Shown here one piece after another: positions 24,375 through 38,155 of a stretch of DNA of 64,000 nt; positions within the stretch are counted from its first letter, which is position 1, and each line of letters starts with the position of its first letter. Under the pieces are notes generated by a model that was not told the origin of the DNA, did no database searches, and saw nothing but the letters and a program-made list of their open reading frames with translations. Origin of the DNA: Nageia nagi (lineage: Eukaryota > Plantae > Pinophyta). Made by a program: the position numbers and the translations under genes. Location: NCBI GenBank assembly GCA_050084985.1, contig JBITNC010000001.1, forward strand, positions 184,264,001 through 184,328,000, given 5' to 3'.

Positions 24375-27009
24375 ACCATTTCACCTTTAGGAACTCCACT
24401 ATCTTCATATCCATAAAACTAGATGTTCTCTATTCTTGCAACTAGATTTTGCATTTCTTGATTTTGGTTCCTTGTAATTATCCTTATAGTGTTACCATTT
24501 ATGATTTAACTTTGTGGGTGATCCTTCAACCATATCTTACCTTTGTTACCTTGATTCATCATCTTTGCATTGGGTGTGGCTTGGTATACTCACACTTGTT
24601 GGTGTTGTGGTGGAGCTAAAGGGTCTTGGTGAGCTTGGAACACTCACACTTGATGGTTGTCCTTTATTTTTTTGAGTCATAACATGGGTGGGATATTCTT
24701 TTTCTGATGTTTTCTCCTTCAAACTCTCATCTACACACACTTTTTGCTACAATTTTTTATTACTATATTCTCCCCTTTCATCAAAAATGGTATCTCTAGA
24801 CATAATTATCTTGTGAGTCTTAGGATTATAGAATTTATAAGCCTTTGAATTCTCATTATATCCTACAAACACACAATCTATAGATTTGGCATCCAACTTC
24901 CTCCTCTTTTCATCATTTACATGTACATATGGAAGACAACCAAACACTCTCAAGTGTTCCAAATTAGGTTTCCTTTCAAACCAAGCTTCAAAGGAGGTAA
25001 TTTTATTCAAGCTTCTTGTAGGAGGCCTGTTCAAAATATACATTTATATTATTACTATTTTAGCCTAATAAATATTGGACAATTTCTTACTTTGCATCAT
25101 GCTTCTATCCATCTCAACCAATGTCCTATTTTTCCTTTTCGCTACACTATTTTGTTGTGGTGTATAGGGAGACGTAAGGTATTTCCTAATTCCATTCCCT
25201 TTACAAAAAATGTAAAACTTCATTGCCATAGTATTCTCCTCCTCTATCACTTCTCAAACACTTTACACTATACCCACTTTTCTTCTCAAAAAATGTTTTA
25301 AACTCCTTTAAATAGTCAAATGTTTCATCCTTGCTCTTAATGAAATAAGCCCAACATATTCTAGTGAAATCAATAATAAAAGTGATAAAGTAAGAAGATT
25401 TACCAAAATTGTAAGTTTTCAAAGGCCCATAAATATTGGTATGGACCAATTGGAGAGGTAATTTGGCTCTCTATGCTTCTTCCTTTGGAAACTTGCTCCT
25501 TGCTTTCTTTCCAAGTGCACATCCTTCACACACATCTTTACAATCTTCTACTTGTGGCAGTCCTCTTTCCATTTTTGGAAGAGTATTTAAACTTTGAAAA
25601 TTCAAGTGTCCAAGCCTCATATGTGAAAGTGCATTTTTATCTTCAATTCCCATAAATACAAAGCCTCCATCCTTCTCAAGAAACTTCACTGAAAAGAGTT
25701 TATTTCCATTCATGTTAACAATAGTAATAAGCCTTCCACCATGGTTTTTATCATAGATTTTACACATTTTGTCTTCAAACACCAATTTGTAGTTATTTTC
25801 TAGCATTTGGCCAATGCTTAACAAACTATAGTAAATGTATTTTACCTTCATAGTTCCCTTGTTTGTTTGAACGTGCATCTCTCCTTTCCAAACAATCTCT
25901 AAGATCTTCTCATCTCCCAATCTCACACTTGACTTGTAAGAGTAATCAATAGAGGAGAGTAAATATTGTTCATCGATCATGTAATTTGAGCACCCGCTAT
26001 CCAAAATCCAAGTTTCATCTTCAAGATTTTAGGGGGGTATAATTGAAAGAAGCAATTGTTCTTCACCATATCCATGCTCTTCTTCTCCATAGTGGGCTAA
26101 TTTACTTTCATGTGCTTGTTTCATCATGCATTCATACTCAATATGGACAAATTTATTGCAATAAAAACATTGTAAATTTCTTTTATCTTTAATTTTACCT
26201 CCTCTTCTAGAGTGTCTCCTCCTTAATGCATATTCTAGTTCATTTTTTGTACTTTGTTCTCTTCCTCTTCCTCTTCCAAAAGAGCCTCTTCTTCCTCCTC
26301 TTCTGAATCTACCTCTTCCTCTTGAACCTCTTCCTTTTCCTCTTTCTTTTTCTTCATTCTCTTTGATGGATAATGCTTGCTTATCATTGTTTCTTGTTAC
26401 TATTTTTGTTCTCTTCAAAACTTTCTCTTCATGTGATGTAAGAGAGCCAATTAAATTATCAATTTCCATGGTTAAGAGATCCTTTGTTTCTTCAATAATG
26501 AGTGTAGCATGATCATATCTCTTAGTTAAGGTTCTTAAAACCTTCTTAATGACTACCTCCTTATTTATCTTCTTTCCAAGAGTGGCCATTTTATTGACTA
26601 TGGCTTTCACTCTTACACACTAATCTCCAATAGTCTCCTTCTCTTCCTACTTCAAATTCTCAAACTCCCTTCTCAATGTTTGGATTTAGACTTATTTCAC
26701 ATTAAGGCTCCCTTGGTAGCCTTATCTCAATGTTTCCCATGCTTCTTAGATTGAGACATAAGCTGAGATTCTAGGAAAAATGCTCTTGTCCAAAGCTGCT
26801 TGGATGAAGGATAGAGCCATGGAATTCTATTTCTTCTTATCCTTTGCATCTATGCTTATGGCATTCTAATTAGCTGGATCACTATAGCCAACATCTATAA
26901 TGTCCTAGTAGTCTCTTCCCTTCAAGAGAGACTTCATATGGATACTCCAGTACTCATAGTCACTCCCATCAAATTCTATAATGGGGGTTACATTCGAGTT
27001 TCTTAGCAT
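24375..27009 (-). pseudogene. Copia B gag-protease-integrase remnants
   Basis: ORFs 26029-26610 (gag, RGG-rich region plus zinc knuckle), 25471-26004 (PR, HMRLGHLNF, CEGC) and 24747-25449 (LRSDRGGEY, PYTPQQN, KLDAKS..CVFVGY). Confidence 0.85.
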
Positions 27010-27075
27010 GACCTCTCTTCTCTTCTTGGATAACTTCTTGAACCCAATATGATCCAATGAAGCTTTGATACCAAA

Positions 27076-27548
27076 TGAAGTTAATTAATACAAATAATAA
27101 ATTTAATCATACAATTGATTCATAACTAAAAATGATTTTACAAATCAAAGGTAGAATGCATTCATCAATGGATGATGCTCACAGTTTTACACAACACCAT
27201 AAACTTGCATTAGATTATTGATAACATACTCCAACACTTATAAATCCTTGAAACAATACCTAAATATATTCTACAGGCCATGTATGACCTTTATTATTCA
27301 TTTAATATTATCTAAAAGAAAAAAATGTGGGAAATAAATGAAGAGACAATACTTTTAATAAAACTTAGTAAACACAACCAGCCGATGAGCAGGTTGGCTG
27401 AAGGACTAACCGGTTGGCCAGTCACACATAGAACTAATCGATCTATAGGACATCTATTCTCATATAGATAATAGAAAGATAAAATAGTAAGCTCAAATTT
27501 TGGGTAATTTCAATGTTTTATGTTACTTTAACATCTTCAAATTCTTCA
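27076..27548 (-). repeat. 5' LTR of Copia B
   Basis: TGAAG...CTTCA termini; adjacent PBS. Confidence 0.85.
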
Positions 27549-27553
27549 TACCT

Positions 27554-30015
27554 TGCCATAAGAATAGCTCATCAAAATATTTGGAAAAATTTGTAATAAG
27601 CATATTTCATCTATGTTACAAGTACAACAACACAAAATATTTGAAGGAGAATTATTGTAATAAAAAATCATTGAATAGGTTAAAACATAATCAGGTGAAA
27701 TCAAATTACATAAGAAAAATAACAATAATGATCAAAAGTGTAACAATAGTGGCAACAACAATCAAGCATATTAAAAGCCTTACAACAATCAAGTATATTA
27801 TGATATCAATCAAGTACAACTAGTCATAGAAATACATCCTCCACAATAAGCAAGAATATGAGAACAAGGTAAACTCAATGAGCAAGCACATTTGCAACAA
27901 AAGCAAAAGCAAAATTTTACCCCTTTGGGAGAACCTTTATTGGATATCTTACAAAAGGTGCTTCAAGCAAATCTCTTAACATTGCTTGAAGTCAAATAAA
28001 ATTTGATAGCATCAATGAGACCTTAGTACAAATATAATGAGTTTTGTGAATATCATAAGTTATAACACAAGTAGATGCATTTTATTAAAACATGAAATCT
28101 AAGATCTTATCGATAATGGGCTAGTCTTAATGGGAAGTCCAATTGCACAACTTAATCAAAATTTGAGAATTTTCAATTATCCTTTGCTTAGACATGATGT
28201 AAATCAAGTGATCACTTCTTTGAATATGTATCAACCCTATCATAATATGGAGCTCCCTTCATCTTATGATTTTGTTCATTAAGCCAATCCTTTGAATTTT
28301 TCTTATGTTTGTGTTGTCTTTTGCGCTATAATTTATCTTAGCATTTGAGCATTATCACTTCAATTGTTTCAACAACTTGTACCATTATCATATTAAGATC
28401 ATAGTATTCAATACTAAATCCTACTCCACTTTTGTGATTTTCACCATTGAGAAATTCGGGTAGGACAAAGTCACTCAACTCCTAGACTTATCATGTGCCT
28501 CTTTATTATCATTTATTGGTAGCACTATCTTTGTATGGTATCATTGTGTAACATGTATCTTTATCACATTATCATATCATTTTGGATTTTCATTATTATA
28601 TATCCACTTTATGAGCCTCTATATTTTCTCATATCTTCATTATTTGTCTTTGTCTCTTATGTTTATTTATTTTGTGCCCTTGTGCTTCATCATTATACTA
28701 AATCATTTATTTTAATCAAGTTTACATTTATTTTATACATAATCATAGGCATATATTGTTAAGCTCTATTTGATTCCTTATCATTATCATTATATATAGA
28801 CCTCATTCCCCATGAGTACATAACCACTTGTGTCATAATAAAAAATCTACCTTAAAAATCATTCCTTTAGGATTGGTAATAGATTGTTGACTGTCATGGT
28901 TTTTTAGGGAAATATAGTCTAATTAAACAAGTAATAATGATATTGAGATGGATAAATCTCTTTTCTCATATTGTTATATTCATCAATGAGTAGTAATCAT
29001 ATGTCATCAAGTTTGGATCATGTATAATCTTGTTATCTTGTCATTGTTAAATCATAACCCTATGTGTACATATATCTAGTTATAGTCTCACCTTATACAT
29101 GTATCTTTGTATATAGTTTGTGTTATCCTTGTTCATAGTCATTGTACCTATCTTATCATTTCCATTGTGTACAATTGTATCCTTGTATCATATCCATGAT
29201 GTATAGTCATGATGTTGTCTTAACATAAAAAAATTATAAAATAAAATAAAAAGCATAAGCATATTTATGATCAATGAGCACTTAATAATGAAAAATGATA
29301 TTTTGTTGGCTTCACTTTTCTCATCCATCTTCTATTTTTTGAGAGGTAAAGTATTTGAATATCTCAAGATAATATCAATACTATCATATCCTAGCATGTC
29401 TGTAAGATATTCTTAGTACTCATTTTATTCCTTATTTGTAGATGTATTCTAATGGCATTCACCTTTACTTACCATTTACATGGGGTAGAATGGCATTTAC
29501 AGTTTAGTTGGGTCAACATGGCATGTATCTGCTTTCCATTAAACATGGGACAAAAGTAGCATTCCATTTTTTTCCATTCAAACATGGGGTAAAGATAATC
29601 TTTATTTACTTGCCATTCAACATGGGTAAGATATCTTTTTCATAATGGAATCATTTCAGCATCTTTTTTTTTCCATTAAAAATGGGGAAATATCCCTTTT
29701 GTTTCCATTAAACAAGGGGAAAAATCAGCCTTATCATGGTCACATCATTGAGCATATCATGTTATAAGCCAAGCATTTTCATATGTTTCCATAAACTGAA
29801 TCATTCTATGTTGATCATATCTTTGAGATCATTTAGCACTTGTCTTCTAGCATTAATTATTTTTGCATGCTTATATCTGTTCATAACTTTGGTTAATAAA
29901 ATATCATTGAGAATTATTATACAAACATTGTTCATAAATCAAAACATAAGCATTCATCTTGAGCTTTTGTACTAAACCTTGTATGCTTGCAAGATTCAGT
30001 TCAAAAGGGAGCAAC
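27554..30015 (+). mobile_element. Host element A, 3' part: rest of gag, non-coding region with short repeats, PPT (no pol seen)
   Basis: FTPLGE...EFCEYHK...EI*DLIDNG at ~27915-28120. TTCCATT(A/C)AACATGGG repeats at 29460-29725. PPT-like AAAAGGGAGCAAC at 30003-30015 followed by TATAAACACC (decayed TGTAGACACC-type LTR start). Confidence 0.55.
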
Positions 30016-31155
30016 TATAAACACCCCAAAAATACATTTTGATAAGAAACATCAAAACCAAGATTAAACATAAAATATATTAAAGTTAGCAAAGGACCTA
30101 ATCATTTGAACAATGTTGCTAGTCATCTGGATGATCCTGATGCATAATCATTCAGATGATCCTGACTATCTTTTTCTACAATAAGGTGGTTATGAAATAA
30201 TTTTGGGACCCTAAGTCATTATCACATGATTTTTTTGAATTTTTGCAAAGCACCTACAATATAGAATAGAACATCAACAACAAAAATTGAGAACATATCA
30301 CCATCACTTAGGATTTTACAAGAAATCCACCATGGACTAACATTTGCAAGGTTATCTCATCCCACTTTAAGTGGAATGGAGCTATATCTATTGTGAATTA
30401 TGATCATAAATGCATGTATCTTTCTTTTGTAAAGGTTTTTTAGGTCTTTAAGAGCTTAAATAATACTTGTATCCTTCATTATATCATATATTTTCTTACT
30501 TGCATATGTTGTGTGGTACTTAGGCATTCTTTAGGCTAATCTCATCCTAGACCTTAAAGATTTGTAAATATCCATTGTAATTGCATCTTTATACATATGA
30601 GATCATACCCTCTTGATTCTTATAGCATTATCAATGTTTAAATCATAATAGGTATTGATTATAGCATAAATCATTTTTTACATCATTATCTTGGATATTT
30701 GTTGGGTGTTTACCATGCTTTAGGATTGAATCATCTTAGTTCATCATTTGTTATCATTTTTTATTTGAGGCTTCCCTTTAACATATTTTATTTTGCAGGT
30801 CTCCCTAGATATCTCAAGATCAATAATATCAATAACACTCCATTATTCATCCAAACCATGTTCATTTGAGCATAAATATTAACTCTAGAAAACATCTAAT
30901 GAATAAGTACTCTAGATCTTGAGGTTTTGTTGTGAATTTCACCCTAATCTCTTATTGTTAAGGATATTCAAATGCTTACAACTTCTACCATCATCAATCC
31001 CTTCAAATATGGAATTTATGTACATATCCATACTACCTTAACTCCCTCTATAAACACAAATCTAGGACTATATTAAAACTATTCTATCAATTCCAATGGC
31101 CCAAATAGTAAACTTAATATCTGTATAAAGCATTGGTCATCTCTCTAAAATTATT

Positions 31156-31801
31156 TACTACAAAATCTAACTTTGGTACTTTAAATATCCAATTCATCAG
31201 ATTATAGGTATTCTATCACCCAAATATAATTATCTTGGTGTACACTTGTGTTGCTTAATATATTAATATACATTTTGAAATACTTATTCTATTTGATGAC
31301 ATATTGATAGTGGAATGATAAATCTTGACATCCTATTAGTTATGAAAGTTGAATTATTGATAATGGAATGGTAAAGGTTAACAACCTTTTAGTTACCTTT
31401 AAAATTTAGTATAATGATGATAACATTCCTTTTAAATATATATTTTTTAACGTCAAAACACGTGCCAATTATAATGTTGGGTATAGAGTCATTTCTAAAG
31501 TTATAATAGCATCTATTTTTGCATTGATTTAGAGTCATTCATAACATTCTTTTTTTAGTGTCGTATATAGAGTCAAAAATAGAGTCAATATTTGAGTCAT
31601 ATTTAGAGTCATAAAGCATCAAAATTAGAGTTGAAAATAGAGTCAATATTCAAGTGAAACTTGGCATTGGTAGTTGCATAGAATAACATTGAAAATGATG
31701 GAATCAGATTTTCAATGCTATATGATGTCATACTATGCAATTAGTAATGAATAAAAAAAATGACACTTGTCCCTATGTTATATTCATTTATTGTAGTAGT
31801 G
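31156..31801. mobile_element. Non-autonomous CACTA (EnSpm) DNA transposon
   Basis: Left end TACTACAAAA (C>T of CACTAC); right end TTGTAGTAGTG (revcomp CACTACTACAA); 3-bp TSD ATT at 31153-31155 and 31802-31804; clustered subterminal TAGAGTCA repeats at 31484-31647. Confidence 0.6.
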
Positions 31802-32449
31802 ATTAAATATCCTCTAATTAATCTTAACCTATCAAATCTAAATTTTAAATGTTTAACATACCTTTTATCTTACATGTAATAAAAAATTAGATGTCAGATT
31901 CACCTAGGATAGGATAACAACAAACCACTTTTGAAAGCAGGACCCTAAAATCTATCATGCATTGAGAGGCATCAAGAGGTACTTTGCATAGAAATACCAC
32001 CAATATTTTTTCATCATTAAGATACCTATTCCAAGGTTATGTTTTGAATATTGATATGGATAATAATAGCTTAAGAATTCAATATAGCTTGAATAACAAA
32101 ATCCAAATATGATATGTGGTGTTCAAGAACACTGATCAAGAGTATTTTTGTTACCACATATCAAGGATCCATATTATTTCATGATACATGATGCACAACC
32201 CCTCACTTCCTTTATAGTAAATAAGTCTAGTTTCAAGGCTCCTCCTTTGGCTTATCAATTTCTAATGCTAAGAAACATTCTTGGGCTTACCTTTGGACCA
32301 ACTTGTTTTCATAAAATATAAAGGTAATGAGAGTACAAAATACTCAAAATAATAATAAATCACTTAAATAAATAGTTAATTATAGATAAATAAAATATAC
32401 ATTTTAATTAAATTAAAATTCATTTTTAGATGTTAACATACTTGACTAA

Positions 32450-32932
32450 ATGATGTAGAAGCATTCACTTGATTCACATTATGTTTAGGAAAAGGATTGT
32501 TAAAATTTTATAAGGGTTGATTAGGTGGTGTGATTAGATTTTCCAATATTGATATTTGACCATTATCAATAAGATCTTGAATTTCATATTTAAATTGCAT
32601 GCACCCATAATTTTTATGTCCTTTTTGTCTATGGTACTCACAAAAATCATTTTACTTATACCATGTTCCTATTGGTGCCATTGGATTTTCTTTTATTTTG
32701 GCAATGTTAAGATATTTTTTTGTAACATCTTGCATAAGATATGAGATAATCATTCAGCCAATGGAGTAAAATTTCATCTCAATCTTGGTGGAAAAGGTGC
32801 TTGATTATTAAATTATCTTTGTTCTCTTATTATAGGTTGTTATGGAGCTATTTGAGGTTATGTTTCTATGATTGATTACACTTGATTGACATTGTATGAT
32901 ATTTGATTGTTGTATGGGTTTTGATATGTTAT
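32450..32932 (-). pseudogene. Host element B (same family as A, inverted), 3' gag fragment
   Basis: The minus strand reads FTPLAE...DFCEYHRQKGH...EIQDLIDNG, homologous to 27750-28220. Confidence 0.7.
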
Positions 32933-33642
32933 TGTAGACCCTAAAGTGTGTAAAATACAATTTATAAAATGATCTACAACATAAGAAGAAATAAATATGT
33001 ACAATATATTAGATACAACAAATATATATGAAAAACATGTACCTGACATGAAGTGTATGTACAATCCTCAAAAGCAAATAGCAATAAATATTTGAAGGAT
33101 TGGGAATGGATTGGAGGTAAGCTCATTCTGGATCTTTGTATATATGAATCAATAACCTCAACCACCAAAATATGGTACCCTTAATCTTGAAGATGCACAC
33201 CATTAACAATGTTGAATATGTAGAATTATGAAGTGCACCAAACATAGAAAGTTTCATAGCTTAGAGTATAGCAATTTCTCATAATAGGTGGCATTAAGAG
33301 ATATCATTACTTGATGAATATTGCAATAGATAACCACCTATCAGAGATCTTATCATATCAAAGAGTTATGATATGTGGAGTTCAACCTATTACACTAACA
33401 TATATAGCCTATAAAGACATGGAAAGGAGTGAAGGCTAACTTCTAGCAATAATATAATCATTATTGTATTCAAGATACTTTAAAATATGAAACATGATAG
33501 ATAATATAGCATTTAATATAACACATGATATTTCATTGTAATATCAACTTTATCTTAACATTTGTAATATTAAAATAAGTCATTTAGAAAGTCTAAATAT
33601 AATTTATTAAATAAATAATAAAATCATTTTTAGGTGTCTACA
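32933..33642 (-). repeat. 3' LTR of element C
   Basis: Colinear with 38156-38852. Confidence 0.88.
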
Positions 33643-36600
33643 TTTTTCCCCTCAAAGAAGTCTAGAGAAGAGAAGAAAATTTTCAAGAGTAAAGTGGGCT
33701 TCTCTTTTTTTATCAATAGGTTGAGTATGATATGTATTATTCCCCCTTTTGGTCTTGTATTGGCCCTCACTCTAGCTTCTTTGGGAAATCAAGCCAAAAA
33801 TCATAAACCATGTATGAGGTGAGTACTTCTATTCGGGTCCTACTCTCCTAGATAATACCTTTTTTAGAATAATTCAACATAATACCTACATATATCACAT
33901 TATATGAAATAATAATCAATCTAAAGAGAAAGGATGAAATAAATATGATATCCATTATATCACTATGATCATTGAGACATAGTTCTATTGAACCATAATT
34001 ATCAAGTTGATAGGGTCCTTTGATGCCCCAAGCTTGGAATAATCTACAATTTGTGAGAGATTTTTCTCATGGAATGACCATGGCCTTGAAAATATTTGTT
34101 AGCATAACATTGAATTTTTTATCCATCATTGAGATAATATCATTTCACTTCCATGAAAAGTATCCAATAATCAAATATACATTGGCCTTATCAATTTATC
34201 ATATTTGATTTTATTACCTTAATTGATTTTCAAAGTAAAGGTATGTTGTTGATAGCATTAGTTTCACAAAACTTGGTAAGCATGTCTTTTGAATTTTTTT
34301 TTAGTATTTCCATTATAATGGATATTTTTGAAATAATGGTATTTTCAACTATATATTCAAAGAATTATGGCATGTCCAGTTTGTAATGAATTTATAGGAA
34401 ACACACGCTATTAACAGCATGAAAATAACAATTTCAAGTCTGCAATTTTGAATAAAAATTAATTAATAGTAAGTTATATCATTTGGCATTATAAAAACTA
34501 TGAAAGAACATTTTTGTGTAACACCAAATTTTTTGCATAAGCATAAAGTTGACCCATTTTGACCCTATATTCCTTTGGTTTATGCATTAGTCATATAAGC
34601 ATGATATCAATCATTTTGAACTTTTAAAACCATGTTTGTATTTTCAATATTTGAAAGCATCCATAATTTTTCTTTAATCATGTTGTTAACAATATTAAAA
34701 TAATAAAATTGACCATATGAAAAAATAGTATATTCAATTAGCTTTGATAAATTACAATTTAAATATGCAACATTCCAAAAAATGTATCTATTCAAGAATC
34801 CAAAATTTTGGACATGTCTTTAATTAAACCTGATTTGAAAATTTAAAATTTCATCTTTTTCATCATTTAACATTCATCATTTTCACTTATTTTGATCCAA
34901 CAAAAATAGAATTAGAATCTAGCACTTGAATCGCTTGCTAATTTTTAATAAATCATGTTGTTAACGATGTCTATTTAATATAATTAATCATGAAAAATAG
35001 AACATAATTAATTTTACCACCAATGCATGATTAAAACATTGAATATCACCATATTTACTATTTTTTATCATCGTGCATTGAATTGTACATTAATTTCATG
35101 TTTTGGATGTCGTTGGCAATGTGAAATTAGCAGAATTGGTTTTCCAAAAAGAAGTTACTACCAATTAAAATAATTTTAAGAATTTTCCCCACATAACCCA
35201 TCATTTTTCAAGTAGTAAATTTGACATTTTGAAGGGCACTCATTTAGGTTAGGGTTAGGGCAAAAATTGAATAAAAAGTGGTGTTAGATGTTGACCTTTG
35301 TCATTTGCTATTCTATCTTTTTCCTATCTATGGAGCTTTAGTGTGATTATGACTATGCTTCTCTACCATTGATCAACTTTGAGTCCATTTCACCCAATTA
35401 GTGATTTGCTTATAAACTCATTGCCCTCAACTATTGATTTATAGCCATTTACCTACTAACATGGTAGATGACACTTGGCATGTTGTGGAGAGGCCTCTTA
35501 CTAGGAATAGGAAAAACATTGTTGAGTACCTTTGGAGTCTCCCATGTGAGCATGCATTTAGTATTTTATTTGTTTTTCATTTTCCATTTCATCTGCTTTG
35601 AGTTTTTACCTAGATTTTATTCCATTTAAAACTCTAGGGCATCCTGGTTTTACCATATTCTCTTCTTTTTTCCACTAGGCTATTTAATTTTTTATTATAT
35701 TAGATTTTTTACTTTTTTTATTAAGGTGCAAAATAGTTGCATGTCATTAACAACTTGGGTTTTGAATAATTTTCAAGAAAAATATATGAGGTACTTGATC
35801 AGAATCTACCCAAAAGATAAATAAAACTATGACATGACTTCTATGATAATGCCTAATACACTAATCTACCTATGATACACTACAATTTTTTATTTTTCTA
35901 ATTTAAGCAATAAATTTGTGTTCCTGTGATGGTTTAACAACCCATACACATTTTTTTGATGTAGGTACAAAAATAAGTGCCTTTTTTATAGTATAATTTA
36001 CACCATTGATAGCATGTAGACAGTCTTACATGACACTAGCAACATGTTTTCTATAATCTTCACCACTATATTTTGTTCCCACTTCATGATATCTTTTACT
36101 TTCTTATTTTAGATGTTTTCTGCATTCATTTTTGTTAGAGAAATAATAATTCATGCAATGTGAAGTACTTAGCAAACCAATGAAGCCTTTCAATTACTAA
36201 GTTATATTCAATAAGGCATTCATAAATATCTCCAACTATCCATTATCAAGATGTACAAGTCACTCTTATACTTCAAGATTATCATCCATTCAAATTGCTT
36301 TATTGTCAATAAAATCCTGAATGATATTTCTTAAGATCCTTCAATTTTTTGTTAGGTGCCCTAGTGTCCTATGATAATTGTAAAATTCTTCATATCTATA
36401 ATTTCAGTAACACTAGTAGGAAAATGATTTTGAATCATATGTGGAAGCTCAATAAGATCTTCTTTAAATATCACATTAAGAATATTATCAACAGTATTAG
36501 TTAGCTTAGTAAACTTCATTTGTGGTCTAGTCTTTTTTCTATCAACATTAGTTGTAGCATACACTTGAGGTTGGTATTTCTTTTCATACACTTGAGTTTT

Positions 36601-37548
36601 ATCTTTCTTTTCATATGTTTGATATTTTTGATAACGTTGCTTATAATTTTACATGATACAATCTTCTTTTTTAAGAAAAATATCTATCATTTCAACTAAT
36701 GTCAATCTAGTATTAGATACAACATGTAATTTGTACATAAGCAATAGAGCATTTGCAAAAGTATTATTTAAATAATTCTATCAGTCAATGGACACTTTAA
36801 GCAACATAAGAAATCATCTCCATCATCTTTATACATATCCTTTTATAAGTTTTCATTGATTTCCTTCATTTTATTTCCATTATTAGGCACTATAAGATGT
36901 TGCCTTGGTTATTGATTTTGCATTATGGGTGTATTCCTACAAGTATATTGATCTTTAGGGTTGGTGATGGGGTTTATTATGGTGCATTTATATTTTGAAA
37001 GTTTAGTTTATTTTCTTTTTTCCTTAGGCCCATACTTTTTAAGTGGCACAAATTGTCCAATCCTATGTATTCTTTCATGTTCAAGTTTATCAACAAATTC
37101 TAGCATAAACACTAATTATTGCACCTCATTAGCCTTTTGAAAGAAATCAATTTCTTAAGCTTAAAAAATAACTTCATTTTTTATATCATGCTCTTATTTT
37201 TACCAATTATGATTATGTACATAAGCATTATTAATCACAAAAGAAACTTGTTTAGCAACATCTTCTGCAATTTCCTCATCAACCATAATGCTCTTACCTT
37301 TATCTATATTAGAACATTTAGGAATCATACCTAGATTATGATCTTAGAATGGGTCACCAAGGGTTCATACTCTACTTCATTCTACTCATCAGCATCCTTA
37401 ATGATACTCTCTTTCAATATATCAATATCCTTTTCCTCCATGTTGTTAGCAACATGCGCATAGTCCACACCATTAGCAATATTTTTCTTAATAAGAGAAT
37501 CCCTTCATTTTGCAGACCCTACATTTTCATAAGAAAATAAACTAAGGA

Positions 37549-38091
37549 TTATGGAGTTGTGGTACACACTTCTAATAACTTATAATTTTTTATAATATAT
37601 ATAACCTCTTTAGCATTGTTAGTAAGATAATACTCCAACTTTTTGTTATTAGATAGCAATTCCTTTATTGATCTAACATGGCTAGGAATTTTGTATAATT
37701 TTTCAATATCAACATCACTATTAGAAGTATCACCATGGCTTCCCAAACTTACATTATCAAAATCATAATAAGTAAAAGGTATATTAACCTTATTAAGGTT
37801 TTTTTCAATAATATCCATTATTTTACTAGAACCTATATATTCAATACCATTATCCTCATCAGTATCCATTCTATCATTGGGATCAGGCTCTTGCATAGGT
37901 AAATTAGGGTTTACCCTAATACTTCTCTTGATCTCATTAAAATGGACCTTACTTCTAAAAGCCTTAGGTTGTTCATAATTCAAATTCATATTTGGAATAT
38001 AGGTAGAATAGACCCTCATTTTATCATTTTCTCTAGCCATTACTCTAAGTACCTTGGGTAAGGGAAGAGATAATAACATGAATGGATTCAT
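37549..38091 (-). CDS. Element C 5' ORF (180 aa, no recognisable domain; extra ORF or gag N-terminus)
   Basis: Starts ~65 bp after the 5' LTR/PBS in the element's sense orientation; hydrophilic, non-random composition. Confidence 0.4.
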   Translation of the reverse strand: MNPFMLLSLPLPKVLRVMARENDKMRVYSTYIPNMNLNYEQPKAFRSKVHFNEIKRSIRVNPNLPMQEPDPNDRMDTDEDNGIEYIGSSKIMDIIEKNLNKVNIPFTYYDFDNVSLGSHGDTSNSDVDIEKLYKIPSHVRSIKELLSNNKKLEYYLTNNAKEVIYIIKNYKLLEVCTTTP

Positions 38092-38155
38092 AACTCCTAA
38101 TAAGGGATATCCTAGAATGTAATCTAGGTTTGTAAGAATGTTGGGTTCACCAAAA

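Larger units (their letters stand above)
11673..27548 (-). mobile_element. Ty1/copia LTR retrotransposon B (inactivated; contains the nested Sirevirus-like element)
   Basis: 5' LTR 27076-27548 (TG...CA). PBS TGGTATCAAAGC (tRNA-Met type) at minus 27073-27062. gag with CFYCNKFVH zinc knuckle, protease WILDSGCSNYM and integrase lie at 27009-24750; RT/RNaseH at 13500-11980. PPT AAGGGGAG abuts the 3' LTR 11673-11958. TSD TACCT at 11668-11672 and 27549-27553. Confidence 0.9.

Noticed and set aside
35243-35260. TTTAGGTTAGGGTTAGGG telomere-like repeat
   Set aside because: Only 2-3 units; telobox-like motifs are common in plant repeats.
34237-35274. Possible ~1-kb insertion in element C flanked by AAAGT
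   Set aside because: No TG..CA or TIR ends; a 5-bp A-rich match is weak evidence.
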